Notes: a model not told the origin generated them from the sequence alone. DNA of 64,000 bases from Octopus sinensis (GCF_006345805.1 NC_043021.1:17050001-17114000), one strand, 5' to 3'. Shown: positions 48,201 to 60,387, counted from the first letter of the stretch. Program-made: numbers and translations.

Positions 48201-49059
48201 CTTCCAGCTCTAGGAAGATTGATCCATACAAGAAGACTAAACTGCCCCCTTTCATCTTGGGTCAGTGCTTATTTGGGGGTCATGCCCCATCACCGTTTCT
48301 ACAGACATGTGATGCCAGATCCCTCTGAGTTTCCAAACACTGAGACCAAGCCACCCTGACGTGAGGATAGCACATCAATCCCAATTTCTACATCTTCCAC
48401 CAGTTTCAGAATTTCGGCTATGTGCCTTAGGTGCTACACTTCCTCTTTGAAATGCCCCAGCATGGCCACAGCTTTAGAGCAGGAACACACAAAAGAATAT
48501 AAAAAAGATAAGACACTATTAAATGGAAAAATTGTCTAAACTCCAACCTTATCTATTTTCTTATGGGAGTGCTCCAGCATGACCACAGACATCTGTACTA
48601 AAACTAAAAGCAACAGGCAAAGTTATTAGCTCATGTCTCTGGTTTCAATCCTACCATGTGGCACCTGGGGCAAGTGTTTTCTACAATGGTCCTGGGGCGG
48701 ACCCAATGCCTTGAGAGTGAATTAGGTCAATGGAAACTGTATGGAAGCCCATCTTGTGTATAAGTGTAAGTGCCTATTAGTGTTACTGCTTGGTAACTGG
48801 GTGTTTGTTAGTATTCGTTTCGGTAACTTAGTAGTTTGGCAAAAAAAAAAAAAAAAGAGACTGACACACAACTGCAAATAAATACTTGAGTCGAATGTTT
48901 CGACTAAAACTGTTCGAGGTGATGCCCCAGCATGGGCACAATCCGATGACTGAAACAAGTAAAAAAAAAAGAATAGATAAACAAATAAATAAATAAATAA
49001 AATTGTTATCAGTTCTGTATTGAATATTTGCACTAAAATTATTGATTTCTACTCAAATA

Positions 49060-49463
49060 CTGCATCTCTCTATCTACCATTCTTATCCTTACTTCTCCTC
49101 TCTCTCTCTCTCTCTCTATCTACCATTCTTATCCTTACTTCTCCTCTCTCTCTCTCTCTCATCTACCATTCTTATCCTTACTTCTCCTCTCTCTCTCTCT
49201 CTATCTACCATTCTTATCCTTACTTCTCCTCTCTCTCTCTCTCTCTCTCTCTCTACCATTCTTATCCTTACTTCTCCTCTCTCTCTCTCTCTCTATCTAC
49301 CATTCTTATCCTTACTTCTCCTCTCTCTCTCTACCATTCTTATCGCTACTTCTCCTATGTCTCTTCTCTCTCTCTATCTATCTATCTCTCAATCTACCAT
49401 TCCTATCCCTACTTCTCCTCTCTCTCTCTCTCTATCTATCTATCATTCATTCCTATCGCTACT

Positions 49464-49496
<33 letters not shown>

Positions 49497-49576
49497 CCAT
49501 TCCTCTCCCTGCTTCTTCTCTCTCTCTATCTATCTATCTATCTACCATTCCTATCGCTACTTCCCCTTTCTCTCAC

Positions 49577-49612
<36 letters not shown>

Positions 49613-49633
49613 CCATTCCTATCCCTGCTTCTC

Positions 49634-49664
<31 letters not shown>

Positions 49665-49790
49665 CCATTCCTATCGACGCTACTTCCCCTCTCTCTCTCT
49701 CTATCTATCTATCTACCATTCCTATCCCTGCTTCTTCTCTCTCTCTCTCTCTTCTATGTATCTACCATTCCTATCACTACTTCTCCTGCT
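49060..49790. repeat. Degenerate minisatellite CTACCATTCTTATCCTTACTTCTC(CT)n(ATCT)n
   Basis: Recurring CTACCATTC anchor every 35-60 bp or so. Confidence 0.9.
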
Positions 49791-52700
49791 GTCTCTCCCT
49801 CTCACCCCATTTCCTCTCTCTATCCTGTCTACCTACACCTACCCCTCCCCCTCTTTGCTTACCAGTCTCTCTCCCACCAAACGCATACACTTCCACACAT
49901 TACCATCTTCCAACCACCACCACCACCTCTACCCCCATCTCCCTCTGTATTTAATCATTACAAACAACAATGAACAACAACAACAACACTAACACAACAG
50001 CCACGTTTACCAACCAGTAACACTAACACTGCACAAGCTAACAAGAAGCTTGTGCGATCGCTTGTCCTGGTAGAAATAGCAGCCAAACCTCCCTCAAATC
50101 ACACCCTCCCACCGTTAATAGAAAAAAAAAAAGAAAAACGAAAACAATGACAAAATAGAAGGCACAGTAGATAATGTAGTCCTAGATAGGCTGTGCCTGA
50201 AAAAAAAAAACCAGACAGGCTGGTCACATCTGGAATCATAATGTCTCTTTTGATCATAAGTTTGGTCTGCCTGATCAAAATAGACCAAGGGTTAAACAAC
50301 ATCTATTTTTGATCTGAAGCACACATTATCTAACATTAACCTAGATAGACTATGACGAATAACAGACAGGCTGGTCATATCTGGATTCAGAATGTCTCTT
50401 CTGATCATAAGTCTGGTCTGCCTGATCAAAATAGACCAAGGGTTAAACATCATCTATTTTTGTTCTGAAGCATACATATTATCCAATATAAATCTAGATG
50501 AGGAGGAGGAAAGGTCATGGTTGGCTGGGTCTCTGGCTAGCTGGCTGTGACGTATGCTTTTGATCATAAGTATCTGCTTAATAAACCATTGACCTGAATC
50601 AAAACAACAACAACAACAGCTAAAAGTACTGACATTGAATGTTGCTTGCTTTATCCGATGTCTTTTACTTGCTCCAGTCATGAGACCTACGGCCATGCTG
50701 GAGCACCGCCTTCGAAGGTTCAATTGGAAACAAATCGACCCCCCCCAAGTTTATGCATTTTCACAGCCTCGTAATTATTCTACTAGTCTCTTTTGCCAAA
50801 CTGCTAAGTTAAGGACATAAACAAACCATCACCAGTTAAGCAGTAAGTAGAGGACAACGTCCTACACATGCACACATGGCAGGCTTCTACATAGTTTCCG
50901 TCTATGAAATTTACTTACAGGACATTGGTTGGTCCAAGGTACCACAGTGGGACTGAACCAGAAACCTGTGGCTGTAAAGCAAGCATCCTAACTGCACAGT
51001 CATTGCTAGAAATAACCACCTAAGTCCCTCAAATTATAACCTATCTTCTTGAAAAAGGGAAGGACATGTCAGTCAATGTATTGCTAGATATACAAAAGGA
51101 CAGGTTGGTCCTGGTTGGAATGTCTTTGATCATAGGTCTACAGGATCAGGATACTGCTGACCTAGGGCTAAACAGCAACAGAAGTCAATGACTTGCACTA
51201 ACAGTCTCCTCATCATTGACAACTACCAGCATGAAATATGACCACCACCAACAAATACCACTGCCAACAACAACTATCACCTCCAACATCACCACCATAG
51301 ATACCAGCATCACCACAATCATCACCAACACCATCATCCAATAAACACCCCACCACTTCCAAACATGACCATCACCAAAGACCTAAACTACACCACACTG
51401 TTAACACCACCACCACCGCCAACAATAATGCCATCATCAACACCACTGCCCTAATCACCAAGGTAACATGGAGCCGACAAGGGGAACAGCTATGTGATCG
51501 CTCAACCTGCTAGAAACAGCAGCCAAAATCCTTTCAAATCACACACACAGAAGTACTATCATGAAGAAAAAAGGAAAAAAAGTGCAAAGACACATTGCTT
51601 ATAATGATTTAGTGATTTGTCCTTTGTCCTTCATACTTTGAACTCCCAAACCCCTGAACACCTTAAAAAAAAAAAAATTAATTAATTAAAAAAAAAAAGG
51701 GACAGGATAAGAATGTGTGTGCTTGCATTCTTCTGATTGTAAATAAGACCTGTTTGTTCAATACCTGACCTGGGGTTAAACAGTAACTGAACACCACTGT
51801 GCCCCCCCCCCATCACCACCACCACCACTAACCACCATCTTTAGGTCCAGGTAGTTACTAACAGCCACCTCTTACAGAAGTTGCTTGCTTTTAACATCAT
51901 GTCATCACTACTACTAAAAATATTGATTGAGATTACTGTTTGCCGGCTCTGCCATTATTTTTATTATTAGTTTGTTTGCTTGTTAATTACATATTTTTTT
52001 ATATATATATATATATATATCTAGTTATTTATTTTTGTCCATATTTTTTTTCGTTTTTTTTTTTCATGCACTCCATCCTCACACCCCCCCCCTCTCTCTC
52101 AACCTTTCATTTGGACACCACTCTCTGCATTGATGTATTAACCTATATTTAAAGGTGTATTAACCTACATCAGATTATACACACACACACATATATATAC
52201 ACACACACCACACAAAAAAAACCATATATACACACACCACACAAAACTCATACATAAACATACGTATACACACCACACAAAAAACCCATATATATAAACA
52301 TATGTACACACACACACACACATGTATAAATATACATACATTCATACACATTCATAAACATGCATTCACACACACATAAGCAGTTTGTCTCCTCTCTAAT
52401 TTCATTGGACACAGTTTATTAACCTACATCATAGACAATATCTTGTATATAATAGAGAGCGAGTACACGCATACACACACACACACACAAACCCAGGTAG
52501 CATAACCTTAACTCATCTATAATCTTCAATCAGTCAGAGTGCACAACAGCAGAACAGGTAGTCAGTGCTATGACTATGTGAACTGAACAAACAATAAGAA
52601 TGAGCCTCAAATATACCACAAAGAAAATATGGAGCGAGAAAGTCGACCAAGCTGAAACACAGACCCTATTACATGATGCTACACAGGTGCTTCTATGTGG

Positions 52701-54059
52701 CATTCCGAGTTCAAATCCAGACAAGGTTAATTATATTTTTTTATCCATTGAAGGTTGATAAATAAAGAACCAGTTCAATATAAGGGATTGCTTCTTCTTC
52801 TTCCTCTCCGTTTCTTATTCTGCGTAGAAACCTGAAGAGCAATGGTTCCCACCAAGTTTAAAACGGCACCAAGGCATTGCCATTTTCTTTCCTTCCTTAT
52901 TTGTCTCAGAATCATCATTAAACATGTCAGACCAAATGCTTAGTGGCATTTCTTCCAACTCTTTACAGTCTGAATTCAAATCCCACCACGGCTAACTTTG
53001 CCCTTCGTCAGTACCAGTTAAGAACTGGGGTCCAATGTAACCAACTTGGCCCTCTCTTTTACTTGATTCGGTCATTTGACTGTGGCCATACTAGAGCACC
53101 ACCTTTTTTTAGTCGAGCAAATCGACCCCAGGACTTATTCTTTGTAAGCCTTAGTACTTATTCTATCAGTCTCTTTTGCCGAACCGCTAAGTTATGGGCA
53201 CGTAAACACACCAGCATCAGTTGTCAAGCAATGTTGGGGAGGGGACAAACACAGACACACAAACATATACACATATACACACATACATATATATATATAA
53301 ATTTATATATATATAAATATACACACACAACAGGGTTCTTTCAGTTTCCATCTACCAAATCCACTCACAAGGCTTTGGTCGGCCCGAGGCTATAGTAAAA
53401 GACTCTTGCCCAAAGTGCCACGCAGTGGGACTGAACTCAGGACCATGTGGTTGGTAAACAAGCTACTTACCACACAGCCACTCCTACGCCTCTTCTCGGA
53501 AAAAAATAAAAAAAGTAAAGACAAAATATATCTATGAACAAGAAACTTAAAAATCCAAGCTCCCACTGGGATGTGGCACTCACCTCCAACTCATATGTGG
53601 GGAATTATATCATCCAAATAGTGAAGGAGCATGGCTCAGTGATTAGAGCATTGGGCTCGCAATCATGAGGTAGTGAGTTCGATTCCCAGACCGGGCTGTG
53701 TTGTGTTCTTGAGCAAGACTCTTTATTTCGCGTTGCTCCAGTTCACTCACCTGTAGAAATGAGTTGCAACGTCACTGGTGCCAAGCTATATCGGCCCCTT
53801 TGCCTTTCCATTAGTGGCATGAAGAGGGACAACTCTGCCCAGACTTCTGCCTTGGAGGGGGAACGTTCTAAGTGCAATCCCATGGTCATCCATTACTGAA
53901 GGGGACCTTCAGTAATGGATGACAAAAGAATATTTTGGCCGGTTGAATAAACCTAACACTTCATGAAAGTGGTGCTCCAGCATGACCACACTTCACCAAC
54001 AGAAACTAGCAGAACAATATAAACCAAAAAACAAAAAGAAAAAAAGAATTCTGACACTG

Positions 54060-54470
54060 TAGGCGCAGGAGTGGCTGTGTGGTAAGTGGCTTGCTAACCA
54101 ACCTCATGGTTCCGGGTTCAGTCCCACTGCGTGGCACCTTGGGCAAGTGTCTTCTGCTATAGCCCCGGGCCGACCAATGCCTTGTGAGTGGATTTGGTAG
54201 ACGGAAACTGAAAGAAGCCTGTCGTATATATGTATATATATGTGTATGTGTGTGTGTGTTTGTGTGTCTGTGTTTGTCTCCCTAGCATTGCTTGACAACC
54301 GATGCTGGTGTGTTTACGTCCCCGTCACTTAGCGGTTCGGCAAAATAGACCAATAGAATAAGTACTGGGCTTACAAAGAATAAGTCCCGGGGTCGATTTC
54401 CTCGACTAAAGGCGGTGCTCCAGCATGGCCGCAGTCAAATGACTGAAACAAGTAAAACAGTAAAACAGTA
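54060..54470 (+). mobile_element. Full-length SINE family A
   Basis: Head GGCGCAGGAGTGGCTGTGTGG, tail GTAAAACA repeats. Confidence 0.9.
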
Positions 54471-55657
54471 TTACAAATGGTTTTTTAAGTGAAGTTAACA
54501 ATCTTTGTGTGTTTCTGAATAACAGACTTGCATTTGCCATGCCGTAATCAAAAAGGTGGAGGAAAAAAAAACGAAAAAAAGATATCAATTAAGCAGAATG
54601 CCCATTCAGTTTCAACAGTAATTAGGAAAGATCTGGGGGATAATTACAATTAACAGACTTAATTTACATGATATTTGGCACCAACAGATGCAAGGAACAC
54701 AGCATTTGGAGGGACATGACACTCTTCTTTAGAATAATATTGATTTCTTTGACACAAGGCCATGGGTTTTGGTGGCGTTTTTTTTTTTTTGTTTCTAAGG
54801 AAAGTGTATCAAGTGCTATTGTTACTGCTATCACACACACACACACACACAGAAACCGCATCCAAGAAACGGTCACTTTTGGCTGGTTCTCAAAGACTCA
54901 CAAAACCAACCATGATGCTACAATCAGATACTGTTGTTGTTGCTCTGCTCTCACACTCCTCCTCCTCCCCCTCTGTCTCCCTCCTACCACCACTATATCA
55001 CTATCATACCTTCTTCTCTTCCTCTCGAACCTAGCAAAATTGCTTCATCAACTCCTATCCATGCCTACCTGATACAGATGCATAAACAGACATACATTCA
55101 CAAGTGCGTACACACATACACCTATACGAGATGGCCAGTCACTATGCAGTCAACCAGCCTGCTAGAAACAGCAGTCAAGTCACTCTCACGTCATACCCTA
55201 CTGTGTTTAGCAAAAAAAATAAAGGCTTTGAATAGCGGTATCCTCTGTACATTGTAAAAGAAAGGGATGGTCATGCCTGAAACTTATTTTATCCCCCACC
55301 CCACCCCCAAAAGGCTGAAAGGCAAATTCAGAATCCCCAGAATTTGAAACCCCCAAAATTTTTAATTTAAAAAGGGATCGGCTGTATGGTTACAGAGACT
55401 TGCTTGCTTTGCAGTCACATGGTTTTTGAGTTCAGTCCCACTGCGTGGCAGGCACCTTGGGAAAGTTCCTTTAATTAGAGAGCCAAAGGTCAGTCAAAGG
55501 CCTTGTGTGAATTTGGTAGAAAGGAAATTGTGTGGAAGCCCCATCACTTGTGTTGTGTGTGTTGGTCGTTCACCTCCACCTGACTGATTTTAAAAAGCAC
55601 CCATGCTGGTGCCACACTAAACACAGCCAATCCACACTGTAAAATGGTCGGCATTAA

Positions 55658-55876
55658 CCCTTTAGTGTTCTGATTATTCTATCAGACATAATGCTTATTG
55701 ATTCCCATTGATTTGAATTAATCATGCATTATCTCATATCTTCAAGATCTTGATGGTGTAATTACTTAATGTAGAATAACATTGTAGGGTAGGTGTGAGG
55801 GCCTGGATCTGGTCAGTTTGAACATAAAACAGATTAACTATTTTGGCCGGATATGGCCGGTTTAAATACTAAAGGG
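55658..55876. mobile_element. piggyBac-type MITE inserted into a family D element
   Basis: TTAA TSD at 55654-55657 and 55877-55880. TIRs CCCTTTAGTGTT / CCCTTTAGTATT. Confidence 0.8.
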
Positions 55877-56399
55877 TTAAAGAAAATCCATCCAGCCATA
55901 GAAAGAAACCATGCCAAAACAAACAGAGACAAACTGGAGCCTGGGCAGCTCTCCGACTGGCCACCACCACCTTTGAAGCTGTCCAACCCATCCATGCCAG
56001 GATGGAAAAAAATGTTAACTAATGATGATGATAATGGTGGTGATGATGAGGATGATGATGATGATGGTAGTGGTGGTGATGATAAGGATGATGATGATGG
56101 TAGTGGTGGTGATGGTGGCGGCAGTGATGGTGGTGATGCTACAGAGTGAAAGGAAAATGGCAATGCTTGCAAAAACTTGATTCCAGGAATTTTGGTGATG
56201 TAATGAAAAAAATACTTACTGTCAGGCAAAAAAAGTTTTATGGTCTGGCACTAATGAGTTTCAGCCAACCCAATTATCTTAATTATTTAAGAATAAATGA
56301 ACCCACTGATGGGTATTGAACCATGTGCCTTTTTGCTTACTGGGCAAACAACATGCAACCAGTTTCTGCCACATCAACTTGGTGAGAGAAGAAGCATAA

Positions 56400-57140
56400 G
56401 GAAGGAAAAAAAAATAAAAGAAGAAAGGAAGGAAGGAGAGGAAGGAGAGGAAAGAAGGAAATCTGCCACATCAGCTTGGTGAGGGAGAAATGTAAGCAAA
56501 GAAAAAAGGAAGGAAAAGCAAGGAAAGAAATGAATGAAAAGGAAGGAAGGCAAGGAAAGAAAAAAGGAAGGAGGGGAAAGAAGGAAAGAAAAAGGGAAGC
56601 CGAGGAAAGGAAAGAAAAAAGGAAGGAGGGGAAAGAAGGAAAGAAAATGGGAAGGAGAGGAAAGAAGGACGGGGGAGGAAGAATTTACGGGGAAAGGAAA
56701 AGGAAGGAAAGAAAGGGAAAAGGAAAGAAAGGGAAAAGAAGGATTACAGAAAAAAGGAAAGGAGAAAGAAGGAAAAAGGAAAGGAAAGAAAAAAGGAAAG
56801 AGGGGAAAGAAGGAAAGAAGGACGGGGGGAGGAAGGATTTACAGAAAAGGGAAAGGAAAAGGAAGGAAAGAAGGGAAAAGGAAAGAAAGAAGGGGAAAAA
56901 GAAGGATTAAAGAAAAAAGGAAAGGAGAAAGAAGGAAAAAGGAAAGGAAAAGAAAGGAAAGAAGGAAAAGGGAAAGAAAGAAGGAAAAGGGAAAGAAAGA
57001 AGGAAAAAGGAAAGAAAGAAGGAAAAAAGAAAGAAAGAAGGAAAAAGGGAAGAAAAAAGAAAAAACAAAAAAAAGGAAAGAAAGAAAAAGAGCAATAAGG
57101 AGACCAAGAGGGGAGAAAACAAGAAATAAAAAAAAAAAGA
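56400..57140. repeat. Polypurine (G/A) tract with an internal duplication of about 150 bp
   Basis: Almost pure purine. GAAAGAAGGACGGGGG...GGATTTACA/GAATTTACG block occurs twice. Confidence 0.9.
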
Positions 57141-57651
57141 GCTGAAAATCAAGTCTTTTTTTACTAAGGCATCTGAGAGAGAGAGAGAGAGAGAGAGTGG
57201 GGGGGGGGCTGAGATGGGATAGAGAGAAAGAATTGGTAAGCAGACAAGAAGAGGTAAGGAGCTACAGATTACTACTACTATTACAACTACTACTACTACT
57301 GCTGCTGGGTATAAAAAGCATCATGTTCCAATCTTTTCACCTGTAATTAGATTTTGTTTCTTTTTTATTCTTTCAAAAGGATCAACCAAACAACAAACAA
57401 GCCAGCCAGAAAACCATCCCCTTCTTCCCACCCTACAAAACAACAAAACACACCCCTCCCTCCCTCCCCCTTCACCCACAAAAATCCTGACTCAACCGAA
57501 GAAAGGGAACAACACACATTCAAGGATTTCGGATTCATACAGCAATGACAATACACACACACACACAATTTATCCAGGGCTAGGAATTTACATAGCAGTC
57601 ACTATATATATATATATATACGCGAGAAAGAAGCAACAAGAATGGATAGGT

Positions 57652-57742
57652 TTTTAGTACAATCGTTTCATACAAGGACAGGCTTTATTAAATGTTGCAA
57701 AAATTATAGCATATAAACGTGTCCCGTACTCATCAGCTAAAA
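57652..57742 (-). ncRNA. Type I hammerhead ribozyme, PLE-type, long helix II
   Basis: UUUUAG-CUGAUGA-GUACGGGACA...UGUCCUUGUAU-GAA-ACGAUUGU-A|CUAAAA. Perfect 6-bp helix I, intact core, GUA cleavage triplet after 57658. Confidence 0.75.
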
Positions 57743-58013
57743 TACATGTGAGTTCTCTAGACATCCTAGTGGTTGAGGCTATACTCATGAAGTAATGTAG
57801 ATAATTAAGTAACATAAACAGATTTCCAAAGTTCTTAAAGTTCTTTAAAGATGATTTACAGTCTTATCACAGAATTTTAAAAAAGTTTTAATAGCATCAC
57901 AGAGAAGGTGACCTAATCCATAGTGCACATATGAATTTCCAGAGATATGAGGAGGGATTACATACTCACAGACGACAAATTTATCCATTGTTAATCACAA
58001 CGAGGTGGGTCTC

Positions 58014-58085
58014 AATTCCTGCTTATTAGCATTACAGAGAGGGTGAATTAATTCACCCTCTCTGTAATGCTAATAAGCAGGAATT
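58014..58085. repeat. Perfect 72-bp palindrome centred on GAATT|AATTC
   Basis: 36-bp arms with no mismatch by eye. Confidence 0.93.
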
Positions 58086-58131
58086 CACATAGCAATGACT
58101 ACACACACACACACAGATATATATATTATAT

Positions 58132-58179
<48 letters not shown>

Positions 58180-58181
<2 letters not shown>

Positions 58182-58394
58182 GGAGTAAACACATAAATGT
58201 GAAACAAGGTGGAAAAAAGAGTACTCAAATACCAGTGGTAGAGTAATATGCTTTATTTTAAGCAGCAGAAAATTACTCTGAGTTTCTCGTTGCCGTTCAT
58301 CAGACAGTTTTTTCTAGCAAAAACTGTCTGATGAATGGCAACGAGAAACTCAGAGTAACAGATTTTGTTGAATTTTCTGCTGCTTTAAATAAAG
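58180..58394. mobile_element. Penelope-like terminal fragment with inverted duplication, embedded in (TA)n
   Basis: Arms 58273-58311 and 58318-58357, plus outer arms GCAGCAGAAAATT / AATTTTCTGCTGC. Hammerhead core followed by AATAAA. Confidence 0.6.
58324..58361 (+). ncRNA. Minimal type I hammerhead ribozyme candidate
   Basis: CUGU-CUGAUGA-AUG-GCAA-CGA-GAA-ACUCAGAGU-A|ACAG. 4-bp helix I, GNRA loop II, near-palindromic stem III. Base of helix II is an A.A mismatch. Confidence 0.6.
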
Positions 58395-58899
58395 TATATA
58401 TATATATATATGCACTATTCTTTGAGAGGAACCTTGTAATCTAGAAACAGAGAGAGAAAAGGCTGCAGTCATCATCATTGCTTCTTGTCATCACCATGGC
58501 TAAGACCAGACTACATACATACATTTCATCATACCTGTCCAAAATCCTTCCTCCCTTCCTTTCTGGCTCCAGTTGTTTTCCTTGGCAAACTGACATTTTA
58601 TTTGTCAGCACTTTTTCCTCCAGATACAAAAAAAAAAAACAACAACTTTATTCTACTTTTTATTTATTTATTTATTTCAGTCCTCTAAGGTGGCTGACCT
58701 TCATCATCACACACACACTTTTCCCTTTTGAACAAATGACTCATATCTACCTACCCCCCCTTCTCTCTCTCCCTATTTCTATTCTCTTCTCCCACTATCC
58801 CCTCCTTGCTCTCTCTATCTCTATCTTACTCTCCCTCACACTTTCTTTGTCACTATCTTCCTCTCCCTCTCTATTTTTCTTCCCTTTCTCTCTCACTTT

Positions 58900-58933
<34 letters not shown>

Positions 58934-59364
58934 CATTTTCCCTTTTTTTTTTGGTTTTTCAATTCAAATTCTTTCCAATTCTGACATTCCCCCCCATTCT
59001 CTCTCTCCCCTAATTTCCTACTCTCTCTCTCTTCCTGACTCCCTCCCTCCTACATTTCTCATCCATTCCCACCCCACCCCCCGCTTCTATGATAGATGTG
59101 TCACTGTGATGGTGCTAAGCCACAGCCAACAATGGAAGATCTAAGAGTTCATGTGACCTGCTAGAAATAGCACCCAAATCTCTCTCAAATCACACCCTAC
59201 TGGCTTCATAAAGAAAGAAAGAAAGGGCATACACTGCATGGTCTATATATACACAAAATCAAACAGGACAGACATGAAAGGAACATCTTTGATCATGGGC
59301 CTGCTCAATCAAGGCTGACCTAGGGTTAAACAACAATCCCTCAAATTTCTCATTACCTTTAAGC

Positions 59365-59666
59365 GCCTTCAGATTATCATCTCTTTGGCGCCACGAAACA
59401 GAGTTTGAGGGGCAAACATTATTCCGGTGATGAGGAAGTGAAAACTAGTGAAGAAGTGGCTCAAAGAACAGTCAACAGAATTTTACGGGGCAGGGATACA
59501 TGCTCTCATTCGAAGGTGGAACATTGCTATTTAGAGAAACAGTGACTATGTTGAGAAGTAGAAATGTGATCCACAGAGGACCAGCTTCATTTTGATGTAT
59601 GATACATGTTCCTGTATTGGTAATTATACCTGTCCTAAACAAAATGGCATTACTTTTTGACTCACC

Positions 59667-59670
<4 letters not shown>
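59365..59670 (+). mobile_element. Mariner 3' fragment of the same family as 47690-48200
   Basis: CCTTCAGATTATCATCTCTTTGGC (PSDYHLFG), frameshifted. Ends GACTCACCCTCA|TA. Confidence 0.88.
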
Positions 59671-59714
<44 letters not shown>

Positions 59715-59718
<4 letters not shown>

Positions 59719-59897
59719 ATCCAAACATGAAAGCACAAAAAAAACAACAACGCAAGGACGTGGAACAAATATAGTATTATTGAACGGTCAGGAAAGAAGG
59801 AGAGTTAATGTTTCGAACGGAGCTCTTCGTCAGAAACATAGGAGAAGGAAAGATCCAGAGAAGGGAAGACAGAAGAAAAAAATCGTCAACGGTACAC
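59715..59897 (-). mobile_element. Penelope-like terminal fragment with decayed hammerhead core
   Basis: CTGACGA-A-GAGC-TCC-GTTC-GAAACATT at 59833-59807. Abuts (TA)n. Confidence 0.55.
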
Positions 59898-60315
59898 ACA
59901 TCATCATCATCATTTAGCGTCCGTTTTCCATGCTAGCATATATTTAAATAGCAATTTTTTATGTTATTAGATCAGTGACTGTCACATTGAAAACTATACA
60001 TTTCGAACAAGAATTGAGCAGCCTCACTTCTAGCCAAACAGTTATTCCGTGCTGATGAAGGAAAATAACACAGAAATCGCGATACACACATATTGTTTTG
60101 TGCTGAGTGGGGATGCTGAACTCCCTTGTTCGAAAATATAAGGACATAGATGGTGTGTTGTATAGCCAGCTGGAGACGATGTTTCCTGGGGCTAAATAGC
60201 AGTAGCATTCGTCCTAACAAGGGCTAGCACATTATGTTGGCAAATAATCTTTATTCTAGAGTACTGTTACTGAATGTCTCTCATTGAAAGATTTACAAAC
60301 AGTAATTTTCTCTCT

Positions 60316-60387
<72 letters not shown>

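Noticed and set aside
49020-49992. 317 and 316 aa L/S-rich ORFs
   Set aside because: Translations of the CT/ATCT minisatellite, with no domain features.
53622-53700. tRNA-like sequences with A and B boxes (many in the window)
   Set aside because: All continue into SINE bodies and lack a clean cloverleaf, so they are SINE heads and not tRNA genes.
56476-57152. K/R/E/G-rich ORFs resembling basic proteins
   Set aside because: A polypurine tract cannot encode stop codons on that strand.
57310-57318. TATA-like TATAAAAAG
   Set aside because: Expected by chance in AT-rich DNA, with no supporting downstream exon.
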